This document shows positions 10,462 through 19,633 of a stretch of 37,503 nucleotides of DNA, in pieces. Every line of letters starts with the position of its first letter. Position 1 is the stretch's first letter. Below the pieces are notes generated by a model. It was not told the origin of the DNA and searched no databases. It was given only the letters and a program-made list of their open reading frames with translations. The stretch covers positions 1 to 37,503 of the forward strand of contig JAGWIE010000001.1 in NCBI GenBank assembly GCA_028866445.1, in the 5' to 3' direction. Position numbers and translations under genes: made by a program. The stretch comes from Rhodospirillales bacterium (GTDB taxonomy: Bacteria; Pseudomonadota; Alphaproteobacteria; Acetobacterales; Acetobacteraceae).

Positions 10462-12147
10462 ATGAGTAGAGCCTCAAAACCCTGGATAAAAGCTGAACAA
10501 AAATCCGGATTTCGCGCCGCGCGATTTTCTTTGGTTCTTGGCACAGCGGGCATTGCCTGCGGCATTATTCAGGCAGGTGCGGCGGCGCGGCTACTGGCAG
10601 CATTGCTGCATGTGCAGCCGGGGGGCGTGGCCGCATGGGGCAGCGCCTTCGTGTTCATGTTGGCGGTATTGGCCCGGGCTTGGCTGCAAATGCGTGCTGA
10701 GCGTGGGAATTTTGAGCTTGGTGCCGCCGCGCGCCGGCGGTTGCGGGGGCAGGTGCTCAGTGTGCTGTTGGCACTGGGTCCGGCCGGCCTGCGGGGGCGG
10801 CATTCGGCTGAACTTGCCGTCACGGCGGTGGACAGGGTGGAGGCGATGGAAGGATTTCACGCCCGCTGGGTGCCAGCGACCGGGCTTGCCGTGGTTGGTC
10901 CGGCCATGATCGGACTGGTGGCGCTGCTGACGGATTGGCGCGCCGGGCTGATTCTGGTGATTGGGGGGCTTTTCGTGCCCTTCGCCATGGCGGTGGCGGG
11001 CATCGGCGCTGGTGTTGCCGCCAAGAAGCAATTTTTAGCGATGACACGCTTGCAGATACGCTTTCTAGACCGTGTTCGGGGTATTTCGACGATTGTTCTG
11101 GCAGGACAGGGGGATGCCGAAACCAAAGTCCTGGCGGCGGCGGCAAAAGAGCTAAGGAAGCGGACCATGCGCGTATTGCGCGTGGCGTTTCTATCCTCCA
11201 CGGCGCTGGACCTCGCGGCAGCGGCGGCACTTGTGCTTATCGTCATCCGCTTTGTGCCGGTGCTGCGCGGCGTGCATGAACTGGCGCCGACTGCCTTGTT
11301 TCTGGTGCTGCTGGTGCCGGAGTTTTTTGCCCCGTTACGCGGTTTCGCGGCGGTTTATGGAGACCGCATGGCGGTGGAAGCTGTGGCGGAGGAATTGCAG
11401 GCATTACCAGAGGCGCCGCCTACCGTGCCGCCTGCGGATATCCGCTCTGTCGCCGCGCACGGGGTAACGTTGGGCTTTGAGCATGTAACTTTCGCGTGGG
11501 ATGCGGCGCGGCCAGTGCTGGAGAATCTGACCTTTAAGGTGGGGCGCGGCGAGATGCTGTTGCTTACCGGTGCATCCGGCACCGGTAAATCAACGATCAT
11601 TGACCTGATTCTGGGGTTTTTGGCACCGGAGGCTGGGCGCATCACCATAAATGGCGCGGAGATGGAAATTCTCGTTCCCGCCGCGCGGACACGGATGCTT
11701 GGTTGGATCGGCCAGAAGCCGGTGATTTTCGCAGGCACAATTGAGGAGAATATCCGTTTTGCCAACCCTGCGGCGGGGGAGGATGAGCTGAAAGCGGCCA
11801 TCCGGAATGCGCATCTGGAGGAGCTGGTTGCCAGCCTGCCGCAAGGTATCAAAACGCCGCTGGGCGAAGGCGGATTTGGAGTTTCTGGCGGGCAGGCGCA
11901 GCGCATTGCCATCGCCCGCGCGTTTTTGAAGGATGCGCCATTGCTGTTGCTGGATGAGCCGACCGCGCATCTCGACCCGGCGGTTGAGCGGGATATTCTG
12001 GAAAGCCTGAAACACCTTGCCGCCGGGCGCACCGTGGTGCTGGCCACGCATTCCACCCAGGCGATGGATTTCGCCAAAACTATAGGTGCAAAGCGCATAG
12101 ACCTCGACGCGCTACGCTACGCGAGCTGGCGCGGGGTGGTGGCATGA
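10462..12147 (+). CDS. cydD: Thiol-reductant/heme ABC exporter subunit CydD
   Basis: TM domain with RTMRVLRVAFLSS and PEFFAPLR; Walker A GASGTGKS, SGGQAQR, LLLDEPTAHLD. Confidence 0.92.
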   Translation: MSRASKPWIKAEQKSGFRAARFSLVLGTAGIACGIIQAGAAARLLAALLHVQPGGVAAWGSAFVFMLAVLARAWLQMRAERGNFELGAAARRRLRGQVLSVLLALGPAGLRGRHSAELAVTAVDRVEAMEGFHARWVPATGLAVVGPAMIGLVALLTDWRAGLILVIGGLFVPFAMAVAGIGAGVAAKKQFLAMTRLQIRFLDRVRGISTIVLAGQGDAETKVLAAAAKELRKRTMRVLRVAFLSSTALDLAAAAALVLIVIRFVPVLRGVHELAPTALFLVLLVPEFFAPLRGFAAVYGDRMAVEAVAEELQALPEAPPTVPPADIRSVAAHGVTLGFEHVTFAWDAARPVLENLTFKVGRGEMLLLTGASGTGKSTIIDLILGFLAPEAGRITINGAEMEILVPAARTRMLGWIGQKPVIFAGTIEENIRFANPAAGEDELKAAIRNAHLEELVASLPQGIKTPLGEGGFGVSGGQAQRIAIARAFLKDAPLLLLDEPTAHLDPAVERDILESLKHLAAGRTVVLATHSTQAMDFAKTIGAKRIDLDALRYASWRGVVA

Positions 12148-13772
12148 ACCCGATTATGAGCATTACGCTGCTTTGGGTCCGTAGGCCGGGGTGGCTTCTG
12201 TTGGCAGTGCTTCTCTCGCTCGGCGCGCTGGCAGCGGGTGTTGTGCTGATGGGGTTTTCCGGCCATGTGCTGGCGGTTGCCATGGTTGGCGGGGTGCTGA
12301 CGGTTCCGACTTTGCTGGCATGGATCGGCACCGCCCGTGTGGGGCTGCGATATGGCGAGCGAGTGGTTGGGCACGAGGCGATTTTCCGCGCTTTGGCAGA
12401 TTTACGGGTGTGGATGTTCCGTGGGCTGGCGCGCAGCGCTGCGGGGGGGCTTGGCTTGCGGCGCTCCGGTGATGTGCTGGCCCGGCTGGTGAACGACGTT
12501 GACACGCTGGACGGGTTGTTTCTGCGCATCTTCGTGCCGCTGCTGGGGGCGGTTATGTTGCTGCCATTGCTGGCATGGATTCTGGAGCGCGAGCATGGGC
12601 TGGCTTTGCTGGTTCTGGTGCCGTTCTGCTTTGTGGCCTTTTGGGTGCCATGGCGCGCGGCGCGCGCGGCTGAGGAGAACGCCGGCAAGGCGGGGCTTGC
12701 GATGGCGGGCTTACGCACCGCCGCGTTGGATGCGCTGCATGGCTTACGCGAGGTAAAAATCTTCGCCGCTGAAGGCCGGATGCTGGCGGAGGTGCAGGCG
12801 CGCGAAGCCCAGCTTCTCTCCGCCCAGCGCGAGCTGGCGGCGGAAGGGGCGAAGCTGAACGCCATAGCCTTTATCACAGCGCAGGGCGGCATTTTGCTGG
12901 CGATTATTCTTGGGTTTTTCGGTTTGCCGATCGCCGCCGTCGCGGCTGTTCTGGTGCTCACCGCCGCGTTTGAGGCTGTTCTGGGCCTGCCGCGCGCCGG
13001 CCTACTCTATGGCCAGGCGAAAAAGGCCGCCGCCCGAGTGGTGCAGGCTGCGGAAGCTGGGCCGCCAGTGCCGGAACCGGCGGTTATCGCCACAATGCCA
13101 AACCGCAATGCGATTGCCTTCGAGCATGTGAGCTTCCGCTATGCAGCGGACAGGCCATTTGTGTTCGAGAACCTCTCCCTGCAATTGCCGGAAGGCTCGC
13201 GCACGGCGATCCTTGGGCCCTCAGGGGCTGGTAAATCCACCATCGCGGCGTTGATGCTCAAGCTCGTGCAGCCAGTAAGTGGTCAGATACGTTTTGGCGG
13301 CACGGATATATTGCAGCTGTCTGCCGAGGGGTTGCGCCACCGCATCGCTTATCTGGGGCAGACCACACATCTGTTCGCCGACAGCATCCGCAATAACCTG
13401 CTGCTGGGCGACCCAGCGGCAAACGATGCCAAGCTGTGGGCGGCGCTGGAAGCAGTGCAGATGGCGGAGGTGGTGGGCGCGTTGCCTGACGGGTTGGATA
13501 GTTGGCTGGGCGAGGGGGGTGCCACGCTTTCGGGCGGGCAGGGGCGGCGTTTGGCTCTGGCGCGCACATTGCTGATGAACGCGCCGATTATTCTGCTGGA
13601 CGAACCCTGCGCGGGGTTGGACGCGGCGACGGAGCAGGAGTTCTTCCGCGTATTCAACGCCGCGACGGAAGGCCGTACGGTGCTTTTAATTCTCCACCGG
13701 CTGACAGGTGTGGAGCAACTGGACCGGATATGGCGCTTTACCGGCAACACATTAGTGGCGGCGGCGGGTTAG
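12144..13772 (+). CDS. cydC: Thiol-reductant/heme ABC exporter subunit CydC
   Basis: RYGERVVGHEAIFRALADLR, RSGDVLARLVNDVD; GPSGAGKS, LSGGQGRR, LLDEP; ATGA overlap with cydD. Confidence 0.92.
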   Translation: MNPIMSITLLWVRRPGWLLLAVLLSLGALAAGVVLMGFSGHVLAVAMVGGVLTVPTLLAWIGTARVGLRYGERVVGHEAIFRALADLRVWMFRGLARSAAGGLGLRRSGDVLARLVNDVDTLDGLFLRIFVPLLGAVMLLPLLAWILEREHGLALLVLVPFCFVAFWVPWRAARAAEENAGKAGLAMAGLRTAALDALHGLREVKIFAAEGRMLAEVQAREAQLLSAQRELAAEGAKLNAIAFITAQGGILLAIILGFFGLPIAAVAAVLVLTAAFEAVLGLPRAGLLYGQAKKAAARVVQAAEAGPPVPEPAVIATMPNRNAIAFEHVSFRYAADRPFVFENLSLQLPEGSRTAILGPSGAGKSTIAALMLKLVQPVSGQIRFGGTDILQLSAEGLRHRIAYLGQTTHLFADSIRNNLLLGDPAANDAKLWAALEAVQMAEVVGALPDGLDSWLGEGGATLSGGQGRRLALARTLLMNAPIILLDEPCAGLDAATEQEFFRVFNAATEGRTVLLILHRLTGVEQLDRIWRFTGNTLVAAAG

Positions 13773-14650
13773 GCATGGCCGCGTGACCGCGCGAGAGCGA
13801 CAAGGCCGAGATCCAGCGTGAAGACCAGTGGCAATGCCGCGCACATGACGATGCCATGCACGTTCGGGAAGCTTAGCTTCAAAACAAGAACTGCGATTGT
13901 GAGCAGCAGCAGGGCGGCGGAGAAGCCCAATGCCCTGTTGCCTTTAGGGTCGACCGGGACGCGAAAGCCGTAAAGTGCCGTCTGCCCGTTCATGGCATGG
14001 TTGGTAAGGATGAGCGCGAATAGCCCCTCCAAGAGCATCAGCACGGGAAGAAGTTTTCGCGGCCAGACCAGTGCTGGCGCGTAGCCATGCAGGAAGATCA
14101 GAAAGTCGTAAGAGAAGTGGAATGCGATCGGCACAACGAGCGCCAGCAACATTAGCCGGTTATCTGAGCCGTTGCGGCTTTGCCATGACAGCGCCATGAA
14201 CGAACCCATGGTGAAGCCGAAGATTGCGTGCATGGGCACGGCTGAAAGTGCGCGAATAACCCAAACCACAAAGCCGCCGCCTAGCACATAAAGTTTATTC
14301 TCTAACACCGCGAAGCCAAGCGAGCAGCCCACAGCAACCAAAATGGCAATGCCTGGGCCGATTTCGTCCAGCTCGCGCTTGCCAAAGCGGCGGACAGCGG
14401 CAAATTTCACCAACTCCTCCGGCACGGCGGCCAGAAACAGCGCGTGGACAAAGGCATGGGCCATGAAGGAAAGCCCGGTTTCCGGCACCAGAGATTCCAA
14501 CAGCTCGATGATCAAGGCTAACAGAGCAAAGCGGGCGCCGAGCTTGAACAGCCGCTTGCGTGTGGCCTTTGGCAGCCGGACATTTACCTTGATCGCCGCA
14601 ATTTCCCACAACAGCAAAGCCGGGAGAATGGCGATGAAAAAGCTGAACAA
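13769..14650 (-). CDS. PrsW family intramembrane glutamic protease
   Basis: Motifs PEELVK, GFAVLEN, PMHAIF, FHFSYD in a multi-TM protein. Confidence 0.85.
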   Translation of the reverse strand: MFSFFIAILPALLLWEIAAIKVNVRLPKATRKRLFKLGARFALLALIIELLESLVPETGLSFMAHAFVHALFLAAVPEELVKFAAVRRFGKRELDEIGPGIAILVAVGCSLGFAVLENKLYVLGGGFVVWVIRALSAVPMHAIFGFTMGSFMALSWQSRNGSDNRLMLLALVVPIAFHFSYDFLIFLHGYAPALVWPRKLLPVLMLLEGLFALILTNHAMNGQTALYGFRVPVDPKGNRALGFSAALLLLTIAVLVLKLSFPNVHGIVMCAALPLVFTLDLGLVALARSRGHA

Positions 14651-14732
14651 GGGCAGGTTCTTTCGTTACGGAGCCGGGTGTTATAAACACCTGCCTGCCG
14701 GGATTCTTCAACCGTGACGCTGTTCATTTTTT

Positions 14733-14759
14733 CTTGAAGCCCGTGGAAAAATTCCTATA
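14733..14759 (+). promoter_or_regulatory. RpoH (sigma32) promoter
   Basis: CTTG-N17-CCTATA, the alphaproteobacterial RpoH consensus, upstream of a small heat-shock gene. Confidence 0.8.
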
Positions 14760-14766
14760 ATAAATT

Positions 14767-14879
14767 CACTCGGCCGCCTCAATAAGGGGTTTGGGTGCTC
14801 ATTCGGTTTGCCGTGACGGGAACCGTTGGAGCGTTTTGAACGTTGAAACGCCTTGCTTTTTTAAGAGGGTTACATCATG
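14767..14879 (+). ncRNA. ROSE-type RNA thermometer in the sHSP 5'UTR
   Basis: About four consecutive hairpins; the last, CCUUGCUU-UUUU-AAGAGGG, pairs the U(U/C)GCU motif with the SD and leaves G bulged. Confidence 0.82.
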
Positions 14880-15335
14880 AATTACGATTTTGCGCCACTT
14901 TTCCGTACCGCTGTTGGCTTTGACCGGCTTGCCCGGCTTGTGGAAACACTTCCGCAGGAGGCAACGCATTATCCGCCTTATAATATCGAGAAAACTGGTG
15001 AGGATAGCTACCGCGTCAGCCTGGCGGTAGCAGGATTTGCACCGGAGAATATCGAACTAACGGTGAAGGATAATGCGCTGCTGGTTTCCGGCAATCTGGG
15101 CGAGGAAACTAGGGGTGAATTTCTGCATCGCGGCATTGCCGCTCGTGCCTTCCAACGCCGTTTTGTGCTGGCCGAGCATATGGTGGTGGATGGGGCTGAG
15201 TTGGTGAACGGCCTGCTTAACGTAAACATCCGCCACGTGGTGCCGGAGAGTGCAAAACCCCGCCGGATCGAGATTGCCATACCCAAGGCTGCGAACCAGG
15301 CTATCAGCACGCCCCAGCTTCCGCACGCGGCATAA
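14877..15335 (+). CDS. ibpA: Small heat-shock protein (Hsp20, IbpA/B class)
   Basis: DFAPLFRTAVGFDRL, YPPYNIE, LAVAGF, FLHRGIAARAF, NGLL, KPRRIEI. Confidence 0.93.
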   Translation: MNYDFAPLFRTAVGFDRLARLVETLPQEATHYPPYNIEKTGEDSYRVSLAVAGFAPENIELTVKDNALLVSGNLGEETRGEFLHRGIAARAFQRRFVLAEHMVVDGAELVNGLLNVNIRHVVPESAKPRRIEIAIPKAANQAISTPQLPHAA

Positions 15336-15364
15336 AAAAGAAAGGGGCCGAAAGGCCCCTTTTT
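15334..15364. terminator. Bidirectional intrinsic terminator between ibpA and prfB
   Basis: AAAAAAGAAAGGGGCC-GAAA-GGCCCCTTTTT: GC stem, GNRA loop, A/T tracts on both sides, between convergent genes. Confidence 0.9.
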
Positions 15365-16494
15365 ACTCCGCCATCGCTGATGCTTCGGAGCGCGTGGCAC
15401 CCACGCGCGCCGCGAGCGAGGACGCCAGGAACGGGTCCAGCGCGCCATCCAGCACCGCTGACGGATTGCCGGATTCGTAGTTGCTGCGCAGGTCTTTCAC
15501 CAATTGATACGGGGCCAGCACATAAGAGCGGATCTGGTGCCCCCAACCGATATCGGTTTTGGCGGCTTCCGTCGCGGCGGAGGCGGCTTCACGCTTCTGC
15601 AATTCCTGCTCATACATGCGCGCCTTCAGCATGTTCATGGCGGTGGCGCGGTTGCGGTGCTGAGAACGGTCTGTCTGGCAGGCGACGATGATGCCGGTCG
15701 GGATGTGTGTGATGCGGATGGCGGATTCGGTTTTGTTCACGTGCTGGCCGCCAGCACCGGAGGCGCGGAACGTATCCACCTTCAAATCCGCCGGGTTGAT
15801 CTCGATCTCGATTGTGTCATCCACCACCGGATAGACCCAGACGGAGGCAAAGCTGGTCTGGCGGCGGGCATTCGCGTCAAACGGCGAGATGCGGACGAGC
15901 CGGTGCACGCCGGCCTCGGTCTTCAGCCAGCCATAGGCATTGGTGCCGAAGATCTGGATGGTCATGGATTTGATCCCGGCCTGTTCGCCCTCGGATTCTT
16001 CCATGATCTCGGTCTTGAAACCCTTGCGCTCGGCCCAGCGCAGATACATGCGCGCCAGCATCTGCGCCCAGTCCTGCGCCTCGGTGCCGCCAGCACCGGC
16101 ATTGATTTCCACGAAGGCGTCGCGGCTATCGGCCTCGCCCGAGAGGAGTGATTCAATCTCCTTCTCCTTCGCTGTTTCGGCCAGGCGTTCCAGCGTGGCA
16201 ATGCCGTCTTTCACCATCACCTCGTCAGCCTCGCCCTCGGCCAACTCGATCAGCTCAAGCGTATCCTTCGCTTCAGCCTCTATGGCGTTCACGCCATCCA
16301 CCATGGAGGCCAGCCGGTTGCGCTCGCGCATCACCGCCTGCGCGGCCTCGGCATCGTTCCATAGATTCGGGTCTTCGGCCCGGTGGTTCAGCTCGGCGAG
16401 CTTGAGAACAGCGGCATCCCAGTCAAAGATGCCTCCTCAGCAGGGCGACCGAACGGCCGATCTGCTCATGTAATTGGTCTGATTCAGCGGACAT
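15363..16494 (-). CDS. prfB: Peptide chain release factor 2, with programmed +1 frameshift
   Basis: ORF1 MSAESDQLHEQIGRSVALLRRHL ends AGG AGG CAT CTT TGA C; the +1 frame continues DWDAAVLKLAELN...; SPF and GGQ motifs present. Confidence 0.97.
16422..16437 (-). promoter_or_regulatory. prfB frameshift cassette (internal SD + CTT TGA C)
   Basis: AGGAGG-CAT-CTTTGAC on the minus strand. Confidence 0.95.
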
Positions 16495-16574
16495 TCGCGC
16501 GATATACGCCGAGCCAGTGGGAATTGGTAGGGGCGCGTTGCCAAGCCGTCTTGCCAAGTGAGGACGGGGTTGCG

Positions 16575-18053
16575 ATGCAGGCGCGCATGAACGCCACGCT
16601 TTTGGTTGTGCTGATCGCTCTTGGGTTTCGCTTGCTGCTGGCGGGCGGGTCTGGCCTTGGCATCGACGAAAGCTACATGGTAGCGGCCACGGGGCATTTC
16701 GCGGCCTCATATTTTGACCACCCTCTCGCCTCCTGGTGGCTGGAACTGTCCTCGCGGCATCTGTTCGGATCGGCGGCGCCCATTGTCGTGAGGCTGCCCT
16801 TTGTGGCTCTCTCGGGCATTTCCTCCTGGCTAATTTATCTCATCACCAGACGGTTATTTGGGGAGAAGGCGGGGTTTTGGGCGGTGGTGGCGTTTTCCAT
16901 CGCGCCGGTATTTTCCCTGGCGTTTGGAAGTTGGGTACTGCCCGACGGGCCGTTGAACACGGCATTGCTGGCTTTTTTATATGCGTTGATCCGCGCTCTT
17001 GGCCTGCCGGAGCAAAAACCTGCCCCGAATTGGTGGTTGGTGGCGGGGTTGTTTGCGGGGCTGGCCATGCTTTCCAAATACAGCGCCGCTTTGGTTCTCG
17101 TGGGGGCGGCCCTTGGTGTGTTGTTGGACCCGGCCGGGCGACGCACGCTGCTGTGCCCCTGGCCTTGGGCCGGCGTGTTGCTGGCGCTGGCGCTGTTTTC
17201 ACCTGTGATTCTCTGGAATGCCCATCACCATTGGGCAAGTTTTAATTACCAGGGCGGGCGTGCCACTGGCCTGCGGCTGCGGCCCTTAATGCCGCTTTCC
17301 GTTTGGGGCGGTGAGGCGCTTTATGTGCTGCCCTGGCTATGGTTGCCAATGGTGTGGCTGCTGGTCCGCGGCTTTGTAGCGGGGCCTGCCAAACGAGCCT
17401 CCTGGCTGCTGGCCTGGGCCGCCATTATTCCCATTATGCTCTTTGCTGTTGTGGGGCTGTGGTCGCGCACGCATATCCTGTTCCACTGGGCGGCACCGGG
17501 ATATCTGATGCTGTTTCCGCTGCTGGGGGATTGGACAACCCGTCGCTCACAGAGAGTGATCGGAAGTGTTGTGGCTATTTCCGGTGGCCTGCTGAGTTTT
17601 GCCGCTGTGCTTATCGTAGCCCTGGTTCAGTTTGGCCTGCCGCCTATGCTGGCTAATTCCTTCCAGCCCGGCAAATCCCCCATGTTGCAGGCGATCGACT
17701 GGAGAAGCGTCGGCGAGACGCTGCCGCCGGACATAGACGCCGTGGCCGCGCAACGTTGGTTCGATGCGGGCAAGATCGGCTATGGCCTCCTGCGAGACGG
17801 CATTGATGTACCCGTGACGGTGTTCGGGCGCGAACCGCACCAGTTCGCCTTCACCACCCCGCCGGAAAGCCTACTGGGCAAAAATATCCTGATTATCGCC
17901 ATGCCCGGCAGCACCACCGCAACCTGGAGCCGCTTCGCGCCGGATTTCGCCAGCTTCAAACCTGGCCCGGTTTTGCCGGTACTGGACCACGGCCACATTT
18001 TGTTGTTGATACCGACCTTCATTGGCACGGATTTACTGCGTGTTCCTGGTTAG
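16575..18053 (+). CDS. GT-C fold glycosyltransferase (ArnT/PMT, GT39/GT83-like)
   Basis: IDESY, YFDHPL, LPDGPL, GLAMLSKY, PVILWN, HW motifs; many TM helices; start ATG 16575 or 16587. Confidence 0.85.
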   Translation: MQARMNATLLVVLIALGFRLLLAGGSGLGIDESYMVAATGHFAASYFDHPLASWWLELSSRHLFGSAAPIVVRLPFVALSGISSWLIYLITRRLFGEKAGFWAVVAFSIAPVFSLAFGSWVLPDGPLNTALLAFLYALIRALGLPEQKPAPNWWLVAGLFAGLAMLSKYSAALVLVGAALGVLLDPAGRRTLLCPWPWAGVLLALALFSPVILWNAHHHWASFNYQGGRATGLRLRPLMPLSVWGGEALYVLPWLWLPMVWLLVRGFVAGPAKRASWLLAWAAIIPIMLFAVVGLWSRTHILFHWAAPGYLMLFPLLGDWTTRRSQRVIGSVVAISGGLLSFAAVLIVALVQFGLPPMLANSFQPGKSPMLQAIDWRSVGETLPPDIDAVAAQRWFDAGKIGYGLLRDGIDVPVTVFGREPHQFAFTTPPESLLGKNILIIAMPGSTTATWSRFAPDFASFKPGPVLPVLDHGHILLLIPTFIGTDLLRVPG

Positions 18054-18919
18054 CCGAAGGATTGCGCCCGGCAGAGCCGCATGAAACCGGCGGCGGCCTG
18101 GTTCATGGGGCGTCCCGCCACGGCGGTGAGCAGAATCTGCCGCTCCAGCACGGGCTCCACAAAGGCCCGCGCGGCCAAAGGTGGGGCAATGCTTGCCCGG
18201 CTGGAAACCAGCGCCAGCCCCAGCCCGGCACGTACAAGCTCCTGCATCTGTGCTGCACTCGCTCGCATCCGCTGTGTTCGCAACGGCGTTTCCGCCATCT
18301 GCGCCAGACGTTCCCCAAAGCTGCCACACGCATCGCCCAGCAGTAGAATCTGCCCTTCCAAATCCGCCAACGTACATTGATTATGCCGGGCGAGGGGGTG
18401 GGTTTCCGGGCAGACCAGAATGGCAATGTCAGTGAATATTGGCCAGCGGTTCAGCCGCTCGGGCAAAGCGGCTTCATCGGGCAGTAACGCGCAATCCAGT
18501 CCGTCTGCAAGCATGTTGTCCACCAATGTACCAGATGGTGCTTCGGTGAAATGAATTTCCGTGCCGGGCAGCACGCGCAAAATTTCTGCCACTGCGCCGG
18601 TGATGGGGGTTGCGGGAATGCCGGGGCCAAGCCCTATCCGCAGGGAGCGTGGCGCATTTTTCTGCCGGGCTGCGGCCAAGGCGTGCGCGGCCTCGGCAGC
18701 TTCCACCATGGTTTCAAAATGCGGCTGCATCTCCCGCCCTAATTCGGTCAGGCGGGTAAGGTTGCGCTCACGAAAGATCAAGGCACCGCCAAGCTCTTCC
18801 TCAAGCCGCTGGATGGCGCGGGAGAAAGCGGGCTGGGTGACATTGCACTCATCCGCTGCGCGCGAAAAATTCAACGCGCGGCAAAGTGCTAGAAAATATC
18901 GGACCTGCGTTAGTTCCAT
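18050..18919 (-). CDS. LysR family regulator, OxyR-like
   Basis: HTH LNFSRAADECNVTQPAFSRAIQRLEEELG; LLLGDAC with Cys198; TGATG coupling to the upstream gene. Confidence 0.9.
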   Translation of the reverse strand: MELTQVRYFLALCRALNFSRAADECNVTQPAFSRAIQRLEEELGGALIFRERNLTRLTELGREMQPHFETMVEAAEAAHALAAARQKNAPRSLRIGLGPGIPATPITGAVAEILRVLPGTEIHFTEAPSGTLVDNMLADGLDCALLPDEAALPERLNRWPIFTDIAILVCPETHPLARHNQCTLADLEGQILLLGDACGSFGERLAQMAETPLRTQRMRASAAQMQELVRAGLGLALVSSRASIAPPLAARAFVEPVLERQILLTAVAGRPMNQAAAGFMRLCRAQSFG

Positions 18920-19563
18920 CAGCGCAAGCCTTCCAGCGCGTTGATGATCTCGTCAGGTTCCGGCCATTTGGTGAAATCGACATCCACAAAACGCCGGGCG
19001 ATGGTGCCATCGGGCCGGATGATAAAGATGGCGGATACTGGCAGGCACCAAGCGGCGTTGCCCTGGCGCAGGCTCATATCCAACTTGGCCGCAAGCAAAC
19101 CAGCCCGGTAGAGTGGTGGAATTTTATACACCACCCCGGCTTGCAGCCCGACGCCGAAATCAACATCGCATAGCACTTCGAACCGATTTCCATGCCGGGC
19201 CTGCAAGGCAGCAGGCAGGGCGCCGGTCTCGGGCGTCAAGGCCAGCAGCGTAGCTCCCTTGGCCTCGATACGTGGCATATTGCCCGCCAGTGCTTCCAGC
19301 ATCAGCTTACAGAACGGGCACCAGGTTCCGCGGAAGAAGCCCAGCACCACGGGGCCATGGGCTAGCCGCTCATCAAGCGTTACCAGCCGCCCGGAAGCGT
19401 TGGGCAGCATGAAGTCCGGGAAGGCTTTGCCCTCGGCCAGAATGCCTTCGTAAAAGCCATCATGCTCCAGGGTATGGATAATTTGCAGATACGCCTCCTC
19501 CCAACTGGCGGTCTCGCGCCGCCTGGTTCGCAATTCCGCAAGTTTTTCCGTCAGCTGGCTAAT
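18919..19563 (-). CDS. AhpC/TSA (peroxiredoxin-like) family protein, probable ATT start
   Basis: PDFMLPNASG, GPVVLGFFRGTWCPFC, FIIRPDGTI, FVDVDF; strong SD AAGGAGG 5 nt before an in-frame ATT at 19563 (ORF track uses TTG 19533). Confidence 0.85.
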   Translation of the reverse strand: MSQLTEKLAELRTRRRETASWEEAYLQIIHTLEHDGFYEGILAEGKAFPDFMLPNASGRLVTLDERLAHGPVVLGFFRGTWCPFCKLMLEALAGNMPRIEAKGATLLALTPETGALPAALQARHGNRFEVLCDVDFGVGLQAGVVYKIPPLYRAGLLAAKLDMSLRQGNAAWCLPVSAIFIIRPDGTIARRFVDVDFTKWPEPDEIINALEGLR

Positions 19564-19585
19564 TTTATCCTCCTTAAGGCGGGCA

Positions 19586-19625
19586 GGGGCACCGCGTGAT
19601 GTAAGCTTAGGCAGCGCGGCGCCCC
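19586..19625 (-). other. GC-rich intercistronic stem-loop after the Met-rich peptide gene
   Basis: Minus strand GGGGCGCCGCG-N18-CGCGGTGCCCC (11 bp, one G-U pair). Confidence 0.5.
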
Positions 19626-19633
19626 CCTGGCAA

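Noticed and set aside
12080-12961. 293-aa antisense ORF over cydC (and 247 aa over cydD)
   Set aside because: Ala/Ser/Arg-rich shadow ORFs with no family features
10462-13772. cydDC without adjacent cydAB as a novelty
   Set aside because: cydDC is often unlinked from cydAB (for example in E. coli)
15363-16494. prfB as a pseudogene (internal TGA)
   Set aside because: The stop is the canonical programmed frameshift site
16383-16574. N-terminal extension of the 556-aa glycosyltransferase ORF
   Set aside because: Overlaps the true prfB 5' end on the opposite strand
16575-18053. GT-C enzyme as the O-glycosyltransferase for the Ser/Thr-rich peptides
   Set aside because: Motifs fit widespread ArnT-like enzymes equally well, and there is no operon link to those genes
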